40,894 bases of DNA from an uncultured Enterobacteriaceae bacterium (GCA_964407355.1 CAYOVM010000007.1:1-40894), one strand, 5' to 3'. Counted from the first letter of the stretch, positions 1 to 8,686 are shown. Numbers and translations are program-made. The notes: generated from the letters alone by a model not told the origin.

Positions 1-83
1 CCGCGGAATTCGACCGGCTGATCGCCGCCGACATCGAGACCTTCACCCGCCTCGCTCGCGCCGGCAACATCCGCGCCGACTAG
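1..83 (+). CDS. 3' end of a Bug/TctC-family periplasmic solute-binding protein (partial; starts upstream of the window)
   Basis: Frame 3 reads ...AEFDRLIAADIETFTRLARAGNIRAD*, with TAG at 81-83. This tail resembles the C-termini of the full-length Bug paralogs in this window (e.g. ...RQVARDIEKWTAVARAANIKND). Confidence 0.55.
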   Translation, partial: AEFDRLIAADIETFTRLARAGNIRAD

Positions 84-89
84 GTTCCC

Positions 90-1040
90 TTAGTCGTTTT
101 TGATATTCGCTGCCCGCGCGACCGCGGTCCACTTCTCGATGTCGCGCGCGACCTGGCGCCCCAGCTCTTCGGAGCTGCTGCTGACCGGGTCCACGCCCAT
201 CGCGGCGAAGCGCTCCTTGACCTCCGGCAGCTGCACGGCGCGCGCGACTTCGCGCTGCAGCCGGGCCACGATCGCGGGCGGGGTTTTCGCGGGCGCGAAC
301 AGCGCCGTCCAGACCGGCACGTCCATCTCGGGGAAGCCGAGCTCGACGAGCGTCGGCAGCTCGGGCCAGGACGGATGGCGCTTCGCGGAGGTCACCGCGA
401 GGCCGCGCACCGTGCCCGATTTCAGCGCGCCCGCCGCGGGCGGCGGATCGACGAAGGTCATGGTCACCTGGCCGCCGGCCACCGCCTGCACCGACTCGCC
501 GCTGCCCTTGTACGGGATCATCTCGAACTGCGTGCCGGTCTTCTGCTTGAAAAGCTCGGTGGCGATCTGGAAGATGCCCGCGCTCGACGCGTAGTTCGCC
601 TTGCCGGGATTGGCTTTCGCGTAGTCGATCAGCTCCCGGATGCTGCGCGCGGGAACCTGCGGGCTCACCGCCACGATCAGCGGAAAGGAGCCCAGCATCG
701 AGATCGGCGCGAAATCGCGCAGCGGCGAGTAGGGCAGCTTCGAATAGGTCGCGGGATTGATGGTCATCGGCCCGCTCGGCCCCATGAGCAGCGTGTAGCC
801 GTCGGGCGCGCTCTTCGCGACCAGCTCGGCGGCGATGATCGATTGCGCCCCCGGCTTGTTCTCGACGATCACCGCCTGTCCCAGCGCCTCGCCCAGCTTG
901 GGCGCGAGCACGCGCACGATGAGGTCGTTGCCGCCGCCGGCCGAGTAGCCGACCACGATCCGGATCGGCTTCGAGGGATAAGTCTCCTGCGCAAGCGCGG
1001 GCAGGCCGAGCGCGATCAGGAGGAGGGCGAGGAATTTCAT
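90..1040 (-). CDS. Bug/TctC-family tripartite tricarboxylate transporter substrate-binding protein
   Basis: 316-aa ORF with a signal peptide (MKFLALLLIALGLPALAQ). Carries the family hallmark YPSKPIRIVVGYSAGGGNDLIVR...ENKPGA...APDGYTLLMG. Its start overlaps the upstream gene's stop (1037-1040). Confidence 0.9.
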   Translation of the reverse strand: MKFLALLLIALGLPALAQETYPSKPIRIVVGYSAGGGNDLIVRVLAPKLGEALGQAVIVENKPGAQSIIAAELVAKSAPDGYTLLMGPSGPMTINPATYSKLPYSPLRDFAPISMLGSFPLIVAVSPQVPARSIRELIDYAKANPGKANYASSAGIFQIATELFKQKTGTQFEMIPYKGSGESVQAVAGGQVTMTFVDPPPAAGALKSGTVRGLAVTSAKRHPSWPELPTLVELGFPEMDVPVWTALFAPAKTPPAIVARLQREVARAVQLPEVKERFAAMGVDPVSSSSEELGRQVARDIEKWTAVARAANIKND

Positions 1041-1987
1041 GACAGGGCTTTCATTTGATGTTCACGCGAGAGCTCTCTTAGCATCGACGCAAGCCCCAGA
1101 GTCACTCTCGCCATGCGGTCGTAGTCGAGCGTCTCGGGGGTATCGCTCGCGCGATGATAGTTCGGATTTCGGTTATAGGCAGTGTCCGTGATCATGATCG
1201 CCGGAAAGCCGTGCAGGCGGAACGACCAGTGGTCGGACGCCCGGATGCCCGGCAGCGCCGCCGGGGCGGCGACGCCCTCCGATGGAAACCGGCTGCCTTT
1301 CCGGAAGAGCGCGATCGCCCTGCGGACCAGCGCCCGGGCGCCGAGGTCGCCCACGAAGGCGACGAAGTTGCCCCGGTCCGGATAGACCAGGCTGAGCGGC
1401 CACGGATAGCGCTGGCTGCCCGGCTCGTCGCTGAAGTACCCGAGCATCTCGAGCGAGAACATCGCGCGCACCGGCTCGCCGCGCGCCTTCGCGCGCCGGG
1501 CGCACTGAAAGCTCCCGCTCTCGAGCGTGTACGAGTAGGGCATCTCCTCGTTCACGAAAGCCACGAAGGCGATCGGCAGGCGCTCCGGCGACAGCATCTT
1601 CTGCAGCTCGATCAGCACGGCGACCGCCGAAGCGTTGTCGTCGGCGCCGGGAGAGCCCGGCACGGTGTCGTAGTGTGCGCCGACCACGATCGGACCGGCG
1701 CCGGACTGGATATTGCGCACGCTGCGTCCCCGAACCGGGAATTCCTGGATCGTGAAGGCGCCGAATTGCGCCTCGATGTACCGCGCCGGGGTCTCGAGGT
1801 CCGTATTGCGCTCGGCCCGCGCCAGCGCGGCGACATGCGCTTTCAGCTTGCCGGAAAGATGCCTCTCCTGCGCTGAAAGCGCGGGCAGCGGCCCGGCATG
1901 CGAGCGTCCCGGCATGACGAGCATCCACGCCGCCGCGCCGGCCGCCGCGGCAAGCAGGAAAACCAGAATGAAGAGGAAGATGCCCAA
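1037..1987 (-). CDS. M28-family zinc peptidase with an N-terminal membrane anchor
   Basis: 316 aa with a hydrophobic N-terminus. M28 metal-ligand pattern present: GAHYDTVPGSPGADDNASAVAVLIEL, VNEEMPY, SDHWSF. Confidence 0.85.
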   Translation of the reverse strand: MGIFLFILVFLLAAAAGAAAWMLVMPGRSHAGPLPALSAQERHLSGKLKAHVAALARAERNTDLETPARYIEAQFGAFTIQEFPVRGRSVRNIQSGAGPIVVGAHYDTVPGSPGADDNASAVAVLIELQKMLSPERLPIAFVAFVNEEMPYSYTLESGSFQCARRAKARGEPVRAMFSLEMLGYFSDEPGSQRYPWPLSLVYPDRGNFVAFVGDLGARALVRRAIALFRKGSRFPSEGVAAPAALPGIRASDHWSFRLHGFPAIMITDTAYNRNPNYHRASDTPETLDYDRMARVTLGLASMLRELSREHQMKALS

Positions 1988-2008
1988 GGACGGGAGGCGT
2001 CCGCCCGG

Positions 2009-3154
2009 CTACGCGAGCGCGTCCTTCAATTCCGCGAGCAGGTCGTCGATGCTTTCGATGCCCACCGAAAAGCGCACAAGGCCGTCGTCGATGCCGAGCT
2101 TCGCGCGCACTTCGGCGGGCAGGGAGGCGTGCGTCATGATCGCGGGATGCTCGATCAGGCTCTCGACGCCCCCTAAGCTCTCGGCGAGCGTGAAGAGGCG
2201 GCAGCGCTCGAGGAAGCGTTTGGCGGCGGGCAAACCGCCCTTGATCACCGCGCTCAGCATTCCGCCGTAGCGCGCGTTCATCTGGCGCGCCGCGAGCGGG
2301 TGCTGGGGATGGCTGGCAAGGCCCGGATAAATGACGCGCTCGACTTTCGGATGCTTCTCGAGGAACGCGGCGATGTGCATCGCATTTCCGCAGTGCCGCT
2401 CCATCCGGACCGCGAGCGTCTTGATGCCGCGCAGCGTCAGGAACGCGTCGAAGGGGCTGGGAACCGCGCCCAGGGCGTTCTGCAAAAAGGCGAGCTTTTC
2501 CTCGAGAGCGTCGTCTTTGCGCACGACGGCGGCGCCGCCGATCACGTCCGAGTGGCCGTTCAGGTACTTCGTCGTGGAGTGCACCACGATATCGAAGCCG
2601 AGCTCCAGGGGCCGCTGGATCCACGGCGAGGCGAAGGTGTTGTCGCAGACGCTGATCAGCCCGCGCTTTCGCGCGATCGCCGCGATGGCCTGCAGATCGA
2701 CGATCTGCAGCAGTGGATTGGTGGGCGTCTCCACCCACACCATTTTCGTGTTCGGCTTTATCGCTTTCTCCAGATTTTCCGGATTGGAAAGATCCGTGAA
2801 AGTGGTCGAGAGATTCGCAGACCTCTTGCGGACTCTCTCGAAAAGCCGGTAGCTCCCGCCGTAGAGATCGTGCATCGCGACGATGTGCGACCCGGCGTCG
2901 AGCAGCTCGAGCACCGTGGAGCTCGCCGCCATCCCCGAGGCGAAGGCGAAGCCGGCGTGGCCGGACTCGAGCTCGGCGAGGCAGGCTTGGAGCGCGTCGC
3001 GGGTGGGATTGCGGGTGCGCGCGTAGTCGTAGCCCTTGTGCTCGCCCGGGCTCGATTGCGCGTAGGTGGAGGTGGCATAGATCGGCGTCATGACCGCGCC
3101 GGTGCTCGGGTCGGGCGCCTGTCCGGCGTGGATGACCTTGGTCTCGATCTTCAT
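2009..3154 (-). CDS. Cys/Met-metabolism PLP enzyme, cystathionine gamma-lyase/synthase type
   Basis: Reading from the internal ATG at 3154 gives MKIETKVIHAGQ...YARTRNPTRDAL...ASGMAA...HSTTKYLNGHSD (PLP lysine motif). The ORF-track start at 3220 would overlap the upstream gene. The ATG at 3154 lies 4 nt after the CBS stop. Confidence 0.9.
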   Translation of the reverse strand: MKIETKVIHAGQAPDPSTGAVMTPIYATSTYAQSSPGEHKGYDYARTRNPTRDALQACLAELESGHAGFAFASGMAASSTVLELLDAGSHIVAMHDLYGGSYRLFERVRKRSANLSTTFTDLSNPENLEKAIKPNTKMVWVETPTNPLLQIVDLQAIAAIARKRGLISVCDNTFASPWIQRPLELGFDIVVHSTTKYLNGHSDVIGGAAVVRKDDALEEKLAFLQNALGAVPSPFDAFLTLRGIKTLAVRMERHCGNAMHIAAFLEKHPKVERVIYPGLASHPQHPLAARQMNARYGGMLSAVIKGGLPAAKRFLERCRLFTLAESLGGVESLIEHPAIMTHASLPAEVRAKLGIDDGLVRFSVGIESIDDLLAELKDALA

Positions 3155-3158
3155 GTCG

Positions 3159-4520
3159 TCACATCTTTCGTCGTAGCCAGTTGAGCAGATCGATGCGCGT
3201 GATGAGGCCGAGGAATTCATCGCCCTCGACCACGATCGCCACCAGCCCGCGATCGAGGATCCTCGCCAGCTCGTCGATTTTCGCCTGCGGCGGCACTGTC
3301 ACGAGGCGGCTTTGCATCGCCTCGGCGACCGGCTCGCCGAAATGCGCCGGGTTGTCCAGCACCTCCATCAGGATATCCTCTTCGCTCACCAGGCCGGCGA
3401 TCCTGCCATCCTTCATCACCGGGAGCTGCGATACGTCGTAGAGCTTCATGCGCTGGTACGCGGCAAGTACGGTCTCGTCCGTGCTCACGGTCGCGACGGC
3501 GTGCTCGCGATGCCGGCGCGCGATGAGATCGCGCAGGTCGCCGTGCTCCTCGCGCTCGATGAAACCGTGGTCGAGCATCCAGTAGTCGTTGTATACCTTC
3601 GACAGGTACTTGTTGCCGCTGTCGCAGACGAAGCTGACGACGCGCTTGGGCGAGGATCGGCTGCGGCAATAGCGCAGCGCGGCGGCGATCAGCGTCCCGG
3701 AGGAGGTTCCCGCCATGATCCCCTCCTGCTTGAGCAACTCGCGGCAAGTGAGGAACGCCTCCTTGTCGGGAATGCTGTAGGCCTCCTTTACTCGCGACAG
3801 ATCCGCGACCGGCGGAATGAAATCCTCCCCGATCCCCTCCACCAGCCACGACCCGGTTTCTTTTTTTATTTTGCCCGTCTTCACATACTCCGCGACGATG
3901 GATCCCGCGGGGTCCGCAAGAATCATTTCGGTATTCTTGTTTGAGAAAAAACGCGATAAGCCGGTGATCGTTCCACCCGTTCCCACTCCGCACACCACCG
4001 CGTCGACGTCGTGCTCCATCTGCTCCCAGATCTCCGGGGCGGTCGTGCGTTCGTGGGCGAGGGGATTGGCGGGATTCGCGAACTGGTTGATGTAGTACGC
4101 GCCCGGCGTCTCGCGCGCGATGCGGGCGGCGAGGTCCTGGTAGTACTGCGGATGACCCTTGCCTACGTCGGAGCGCGTGAGCACCACCTCGGCGCCCATC
4201 GCCTTCAGGTGGAAGATCTTCTCCTGGCTCATCTTGTCGGGCACCACGATCTTCAGCCGGTAGCCTTTCTGCGCGGCGACCAGCGCGAGGCCGAGGCCCG
4301 TGTTGCCCGCGGTCGCCTCCACGATCAGGCCGTTTTTCGGCAGGCGCTTTTCGCGCTCGGCGGCCTCGATCATCGAGAGCGCGACCCGGTCCTTGATCGA
4401 CCCGCCGGGGTTCTGGTTTTCGAGCTTCAGGAACAGGCGGCAACGGCCGGTCTCCAGCCGCGTTACCTCCACGAGCGGAGTGTTGCCGATAAGGTCGAGA
4501 ACGTTTTTCACGTAAGGCAT
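3159..4520 (-). CDS. Cystathionine beta-synthase-like PLP enzyme with a C-terminal CBS-domain pair
   Basis: From the ATG at 4520: MPYVKNVLDLIGNTPLVEV...LENQNPGGSIKDR...ATAGNTGLGLA...GVGTGGTITG. The C-terminal ~120 aa look like a tandem CBS pair (DVSQLPVM..., LVAIVVEGDEFLGLITRIDLL). Codons upstream of 4520 are A/T-ending and atypical for this genome. Confidence 0.9.
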   Translation of the reverse strand: MPYVKNVLDLIGNTPLVEVTRLETGRCRLFLKLENQNPGGSIKDRVALSMIEAAEREKRLPKNGLIVEATAGNTGLGLALVAAQKGYRLKIVVPDKMSQEKIFHLKAMGAEVVLTRSDVGKGHPQYYQDLAARIARETPGAYYINQFANPANPLAHERTTAPEIWEQMEHDVDAVVCGVGTGGTITGLSRFFSNKNTEMILADPAGSIVAEYVKTGKIKKETGSWLVEGIGEDFIPPVADLSRVKEAYSIPDKEAFLTCRELLKQEGIMAGTSSGTLIAAALRYCRSRSSPKRVVSFVCDSGNKYLSKVYNDYWMLDHGFIEREEHGDLRDLIARRHREHAVATVSTDETVLAAYQRMKLYDVSQLPVMKDGRIAGLVSEEDILMEVLDNPAHFGEPVAEAMQSRLVTVPPQAKIDELARILDRGLVAIVVEGDEFLGLITRIDLLNWLRRKM

Positions 4521-4531
4521 TGATTGATAAT

Positions 4532-4549
4532 GGTGGGAGTGATCCCACC
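4532..4549. promoter_or_regulatory. Perfect 7-bp-stem hairpin (GGTGGGA-GTGA-TCCCACC) in the divergent intergenic region
   Basis: Read directly. It lies 11 nt upstream of the CBS start on the minus strand. On the plus strand it is followed by TTTT, which is terminator-like. Confidence 0.35.
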
Positions 4550-4564
4550 TTTTGCAGTGCAAAA
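4550..4564. promoter_or_regulatory. Perfect palindrome TTTTGCA-N-TGCAAAA, a candidate operator
   Basis: Read directly: 7-bp inverted arms with a 1-nt centre. It is located between the divergent CBS and methyltransferase-like genes. Confidence 0.4.
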
Positions 4565-4635
4565 CGCGTGGTTGCTTTCCCACTGGGGCACCGCGCAAGA
4601 TGATTTTCCCTCAATTCCTATTACGGAGATGCAAG

Positions 4636-6060
4636 GTGGAGGTCACGGAGGTGAGCGCCACGCGGGGCGGAACGCTGCTCGGAAGCATTTCCGATTTCTG
4701 CCGGCGCACCGGAATGGCGGAGTCCACGTTCGGACGGCGCGCGGTGAACGATGGCAAGTTCGTCGCCCGCCTGCGCGACGGCGCGCGGGTGACGCCCGAG
4801 ACGCTGAGCCGGGTGAACCAGTTCATAGAGCGCCACGGCGCCACGGGCGCCGGCGATTCGCCGCCGGAGCTGCTGGCGCTCGTCCGCGGGGGCGCGATCC
4901 AGCCGGCGCGAGCGCTTTCGCAGGACGAGAAAGCGGCGCCGGACAAGGGCTTTCGCTTTTTCGACAACCGGCAGAAGTATCTGCTGTTCGTAAATACCTG
5001 CAGCGAGAAAGAGGTCGTCGCGCGGCGCGTGGGCCTCGAGCTCGGGCACATCCATCCCCGGCCGCCCGCGGTGCGCCTGTTCGACGCGGGCATGGGCGAC
5101 GGCACCGTGCTCGAAAGCGTGATGCGCGAGATGCACCGGCGCTTCAGCAACCTGCCGTTCTACATCGTCGGCAAGGAGATCAGCCTCGAAGACGTGCGCC
5201 TGTCGCTGCGCAAGATGGCCGATCGCTTCTTCGAGCACCCGGCGACCGTGCTCGTCGTCACGAACATGTATTACACGGAGGCGCCCTGGCTCACGCCGCG
5301 CGAGGTCGCCGCGGCGACGTCGATGGTGTGGCAGGAGGCGCCGCTCACCGGCACCACCTCTCACGAGTTCAGCGAGCAGATCGCCGCGCTCGAGCCGTTC
5401 CTCGCCAAGAACTGGCAGGCCCGCAAGAGCCCGAAAACCGGCAACCCGGTGTACGAGCACCCGGTCGCGCTGGTGATCTACCGGGACGACTACCGCTTCC
5501 TGCTCGACAGCGTGATCCCGAAACGCGGCGAGGGACGCGCGGACTACGACATGGTGATCGCCTCCCAGCCGTACCGGCTGCGCGCGCCGCTCGAGTTCAA
5601 GGCGCAGAAAGTCGTCGCTCCGCTGGCGCGCGCGCTCGGCAAGGGCGGGCGCCTGCTCGGCATCCACTCCTACGGGCGCGATCCCGGCGTGCAGATCGTG
5701 CAGCAGGTGTGGCCGGGCGAGGATCCCTTCGTCAACGGCCGCCACGACGTCATGCGCGCCACCAAGGCGGAGCTCGGCAAGGATGCGCGGCGCTACAACT
5801 TCAACGCCTATGCGGATGCCCGGGCGCTCTTCCGCTACGAGATGCATACCCTGCCGAGCGAGATCTCCGACAGCATCGGGACCTCGACCCTGTTCGCCGC
5901 CTGGAATGCCGCGATCTACGTCGCGCAGATCGACGACGCGCGCCTTGCGCAGGCGCTCGGCGAGCGCAAGTACCTCGAAGCCACCCGCGACGTCCTGCAG
6001 AAGCACGGCAGCCTCTGGTTCCTGGATGAATCCTATGTCGTCTCCCGCAAGCGCGATTGA
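4636..6060 (+). CDS. Atypical class-I SAM-dependent methyltransferase-like protein with an N-terminal HTH-like segment
   Basis: Candidate methyltransferase motifs: I LFDAGMGDGT, post-I YIVGKEIS, II YDMVIASQPY, III LGKGGRLLGI. There is a large insert between post-I and II. The N-terminus ISDFCRRTGMAESTFGRRAVNDGKFVARLRDG resembles a small DNA-binding helix pair. Start chosen at GTG 4636 (GGAGA 6 nt upstream). ATG 4552 and ATG 4600 are alternatives, but they are followed by atypical A/T-ending codons. Confidence 0.6.
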   Translation: MEVTEVSATRGGTLLGSISDFCRRTGMAESTFGRRAVNDGKFVARLRDGARVTPETLSRVNQFIERHGATGAGDSPPELLALVRGGAIQPARALSQDEKAAPDKGFRFFDNRQKYLLFVNTCSEKEVVARRVGLELGHIHPRPPAVRLFDAGMGDGTVLESVMREMHRRFSNLPFYIVGKEISLEDVRLSLRKMADRFFEHPATVLVVTNMYYTEAPWLTPREVAAATSMVWQEAPLTGTTSHEFSEQIAALEPFLAKNWQARKSPKTGNPVYEHPVALVIYRDDYRFLLDSVIPKRGEGRADYDMVIASQPYRLRAPLEFKAQKVVAPLARALGKGGRLLGIHSYGRDPGVQIVQQVWPGEDPFVNGRHDVMRATKAELGKDARRYNFNAYADARALFRYEMHTLPSEISDSIGTSTLFAAWNAAIYVAQIDDARLAQALGERKYLEATRDVLQKHGSLWFLDESYVVSRKRD

Positions 6061-6916
6061 CGCGCCGTTTTTCAGGGAAAAGCTGGGCGAGCTCGTCGCC
6101 GCGGGCTCGCTCGAGATGTCGCCGCGCGAGCTGCATCGCGCCGGCGAGGTGGCGGCGTTCCTGCCGGCGGACACCTGCGTCTACATTCCCTCGCTTCCCG
6201 GCCTGCCGCTGAGCCGCACGCTGGAGGCGATCGCGGCGGTGCGCCGCGCCGGCCTCGACCCGGTGCCGCACGTGTCCGCGCGCCGCATCCTCGATCGCGA
6301 CGAGTTCAAATCCTTTCTGAAGCAGGCGAGCGCGAGCTACGGCGTTCATCGCGCCATGCTGATCGGCGGCGACGAGCCGCAGCCGAAGGGCCCTTACGCG
6401 GACAGCGTGCAGCTCCTCGAGGAAGGCGTGCTCGCGCAGTGCGGCGTGCGCGAGATCGGCGTGGCCGGCTATCCCGAGGGACACCCGCGCATCTCGTCTT
6501 TCGATATCAATGAATCGTTCAGGAAAAAAATCCTCCTTGCGCGCGAGCAAAAGCTCGGCCTGTACGTCGTCACCCAGTTTTCCTTCGCTCCGGCGCGCGT
6601 GCTTGAATTCTGCGCGGAGCTGGCGCGGAGCGCGCCTTCGGTTCCGGTGTACGTGGGGATCGCGGGGCCGACCGACCCGGTTGCCCTTGCGCGCTACGCG
6701 CAGCGCTGCGGCGTAAGCGCGTCGCTGCGCGCGCTGCGCACGCTCGGCTCAGGCATTGCCAAGCTGGTCACCCACACCGATCCCAGGGAGCACGTGCTCG
6801 CCGTCGCGCGCTACTCCGCCAGCCACGACTCCACCAACGTCGTCGGCGTGCACCTCTACAGCTTCGGCGGCGCGGTGCGCACCGCGGCCTGGATGGGAAG
6901 CCTGCTCTCGGCCTGA
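6026..6916 (+). CDS. Methylenetetrahydrofolate reductase (MetF/MTHFR) family protein, divergent subfamily
   Basis: Family-like blocks: PHVSARRI, MLIGGDEPQP, VAGYPEGHP, VTQFSF, VGIAGP, VHLYSFGG. The start (ATG 6026, or 6035) overlaps the upstream gene's 3' end by ~26-35 nt. Confidence 0.8.
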   Translation: MNPMSSPASAIDAPFFREKLGELVAAGSLEMSPRELHRAGEVAAFLPADTCVYIPSLPGLPLSRTLEAIAAVRRAGLDPVPHVSARRILDRDEFKSFLKQASASYGVHRAMLIGGDEPQPKGPYADSVQLLEEGVLAQCGVREIGVAGYPEGHPRISSFDINESFRKKILLAREQKLGLYVVTQFSFAPARVLEFCAELARSAPSVPVYVGIAGPTDPVALARYAQRCGVSASLRALRTLGSGIAKLVTHTDPREHVLAVARYSASHDSTNVVGVHLYSFGGAVRTAAWMGSLLSA

Positions 6917-6931
6917 CGTGAGTACGATCTC

Positions 6932-6951
6932 GCGGGCGAAGTAGAGCCCGC
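6932..6951. terminator. GC hairpin between convergent genes (GCGGGC-N8-GCCCGC)
   Basis: Read directly. There is no clear U-tract on either strand. Confidence 0.3.
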
Positions 6952-6955
6952 CTCG

Positions 6956-7954
6956 TCAGTCGATCTTCGCGCCGACGTCTTTCACGAGCTTTGCGTACTT
7001 CCCGTATTCGCTGCGGATCTCCGCGGCGAATTCCTCGGGCGTGGTAATCCAGGGCTCGACCCCGCCCGCGTTGCCGAGCTTTTCCCTTATGTCGGGCAGC
7101 CGCAGCGCCTTGTTCACCTCGTCGCGCAGCCGGGCGAGAACCGGCTGCGGCGTGCCGGCCGGCGCAAACAGGCCGTACCACTGCACCATCACGAAGTCGG
7201 GATAGAACTCGGCGATCGTCGGCACGTCGGGCAGCGCGCTCGAGCGCTTCGGCCCGGTAAAGGCGAGCGCGCGCAGGCGCCCGGCGCGGATCTGCGTCGC
7301 GGTCGAGGTGCCCGACATCATGGCGGCGACTTCGCCGGTCAGCGTCGCGGTGGTCGCGGGCGCGCCGCCCTTGTAGGGGACATGGACCATGTTTATCCCC
7401 GCGCGCGCCTTGAGCCGCTCCATGGTGAGGTGGTGCTGGCTGCCGTTGCCGCCCGAGCCGTACTGCAGCGGCGGGTTGGCGCGGCGCGCGTATTCGATGA
7501 ACTCCGGAAAGGTTTGCGCCGGCACCGCCGGATTCACCGCGAGGAAAAAACCGTTGGAGACGAGGCTCGCGACGGGGACGAGGTCCTTCATCGGGTCGAA
7601 GCTCATGCTGCCATACAGGTGCGGATTGATCACGAGCAGGCTGTCCATGCCGAGCAGCAGCGTGTAACCGTCGGGGGAGGACTTTGCCACGGCGTCGCCG
7701 GCAACCGCGCCGTTGCCGCCGACGCGGTTCTCGATCACCACCGGCTGGCCGAGCGCTTCCGAGAGCCTGGGCGAGAGCAGGCGCGCCACGATGTCCGGCC
7801 CGCCGCCCGGCGGAATCGGAACCAGCAGGCGAATCGGCCGCGACGGATACTGCTGCGCGGCCGCGTCGAAGCCGGCGAGCGCCGCGGCGAGCCCGCCGAG
7901 CGCCAACGCGAGCCTTCCGACCCGGAGCAGCAACGCGGTTGTGAGGCGCGGCAT
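6956..7954 (-). CDS. Bug/TctC-family substrate-binding protein
   Basis: 332 aa with a signal peptide. Motifs: YPSRPIRLLVPIPPGGGPDIVAR...ENRVGGNGA...SPDGYTLLLG. Confidence 0.9.
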   Translation of the reverse strand: MPRLTTALLLRVGRLALALGGLAAALAGFDAAAQQYPSRPIRLLVPIPPGGGPDIVARLLSPRLSEALGQPVVIENRVGGNGAVAGDAVAKSSPDGYTLLLGMDSLLVINPHLYGSMSFDPMKDLVPVASLVSNGFFLAVNPAVPAQTFPEFIEYARRANPPLQYGSGGNGSQHHLTMERLKARAGINMVHVPYKGGAPATTATLTGEVAAMMSGTSTATQIRAGRLRALAFTGPKRSSALPDVPTIAEFYPDFVMVQWYGLFAPAGTPQPVLARLRDEVNKALRLPDIREKLGNAGGVEPWITTPEEFAAEIRSEYGKYAKLVKDVGAKID

Positions 7955-7957
7955 GGC

Positions 7958-8686
7958 TTAGCCTTTCTCCAGCGCGTCGCCGGCGGCCCCGATGCCGTCG
8001 AGGTACATCTCCCAAACGCGCAGGTTCTTCTCGCAGGCCTCGACCACGGCGTCTTCCATCTTCAGCTCCCGGGCGAAACGGTCGATCGCCTTCCAGCCTG
8101 CGTCGGAATGCTCGATGTCGGCCGCTTCGTGCAGCTCGAAGAAGTCGAGCTCCGCGTCGGACAGGCCGAACAGTTCGCTCCAGCGGTGCCGCTCGAGGCC
8201 GAACCAGCCGTGTTTTTTCATGATGCCGGTGCCGTAGCCGGGGACGTTCGCGCGCTCGGCGCAGGTATTCCCCACGATGCCTTCCAGCCAGTGGCGGGTC
8301 CCCATCAGTCCTTCCCAGGCCGCCCAGGCGAGCTGCGTCGAAGGCAGCGGCGGCGCGGCGCGGATCTCGGCGCGCTTCAGGCCGATCTTCGTGCCGAGCT
8401 CCTCGAGGATCTCCCAGTGGGCGCGGCCGCCGCCGTGCTCGTGGTCGGCGATCACTTCCTGGCTGCACGCGCCGATGATTCCGATGCGCGTGTCCCAGTC
8501 CGGGCAGTTGGTCGCGACCTTGAGCTTCAGCACCGAGTTGCGCTGGCGCGTGTTCAGGCGATGCTGCATGACGAACGTCCTGGCGCGGCCGCGCGTCATC
8601 GGCTCCTGGAAGAAACGCGTGCGGCGGCAGAAGTCGTCCACCACCTTGTCCAGCCTCGCCACCACCCCCGTTGATTTTGCCGGCAT
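7958..8686 (-). CDS. Heme-oxygenase-like fold iron-containing redox enzyme family protein (PqqC/CADD/HDO-like)
   Basis: 242 aa, all-helical-looking. Carboxylate/His clusters: EVIADHEH, EILEELG, FELHEAADIEHSD. Its stop lies 3 nt before the TctC start. Confidence 0.6.
   Translation of the reverse strand: MPAKSTGVVARLDKVVDDFCRRTRFFQEPMTRGRARTFVMQHRLNTRQRNSVLKLKVATNCPDWDTRIGIIGACSQEVIADHEHGGGRAHWEILEELGTKIGLKRAEIRAAPPLPSTQLAWAAWEGLMGTRHWLEGIVGNTCAERANVPGYGTGIMKKHGWFGLERHRWSELFGLSDAELDFFELHEAADIEHSDAGWKAIDRFARELKMEDAVVEACEKNLRVWEMYLDGIGAAGDALEKG

Noticed and set aside
4532-4553. Hairpin plus TTTT read as a plus-strand intrinsic terminator.
   Set aside because: There is no plus-strand gene upstream to terminate. 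It is kept only as a possible leader, attenuator or operator element (see findings).
4521-4635. Possible SAM or SAH riboswitch ahead of the CBS or methyltransferase/MTHFR genes.
   Set aside because: I could not find the conserved cores I recall for the SAH (GAGGAGCGC...) or SAM-II classes. This needs a covariance-model search to exclude properly.
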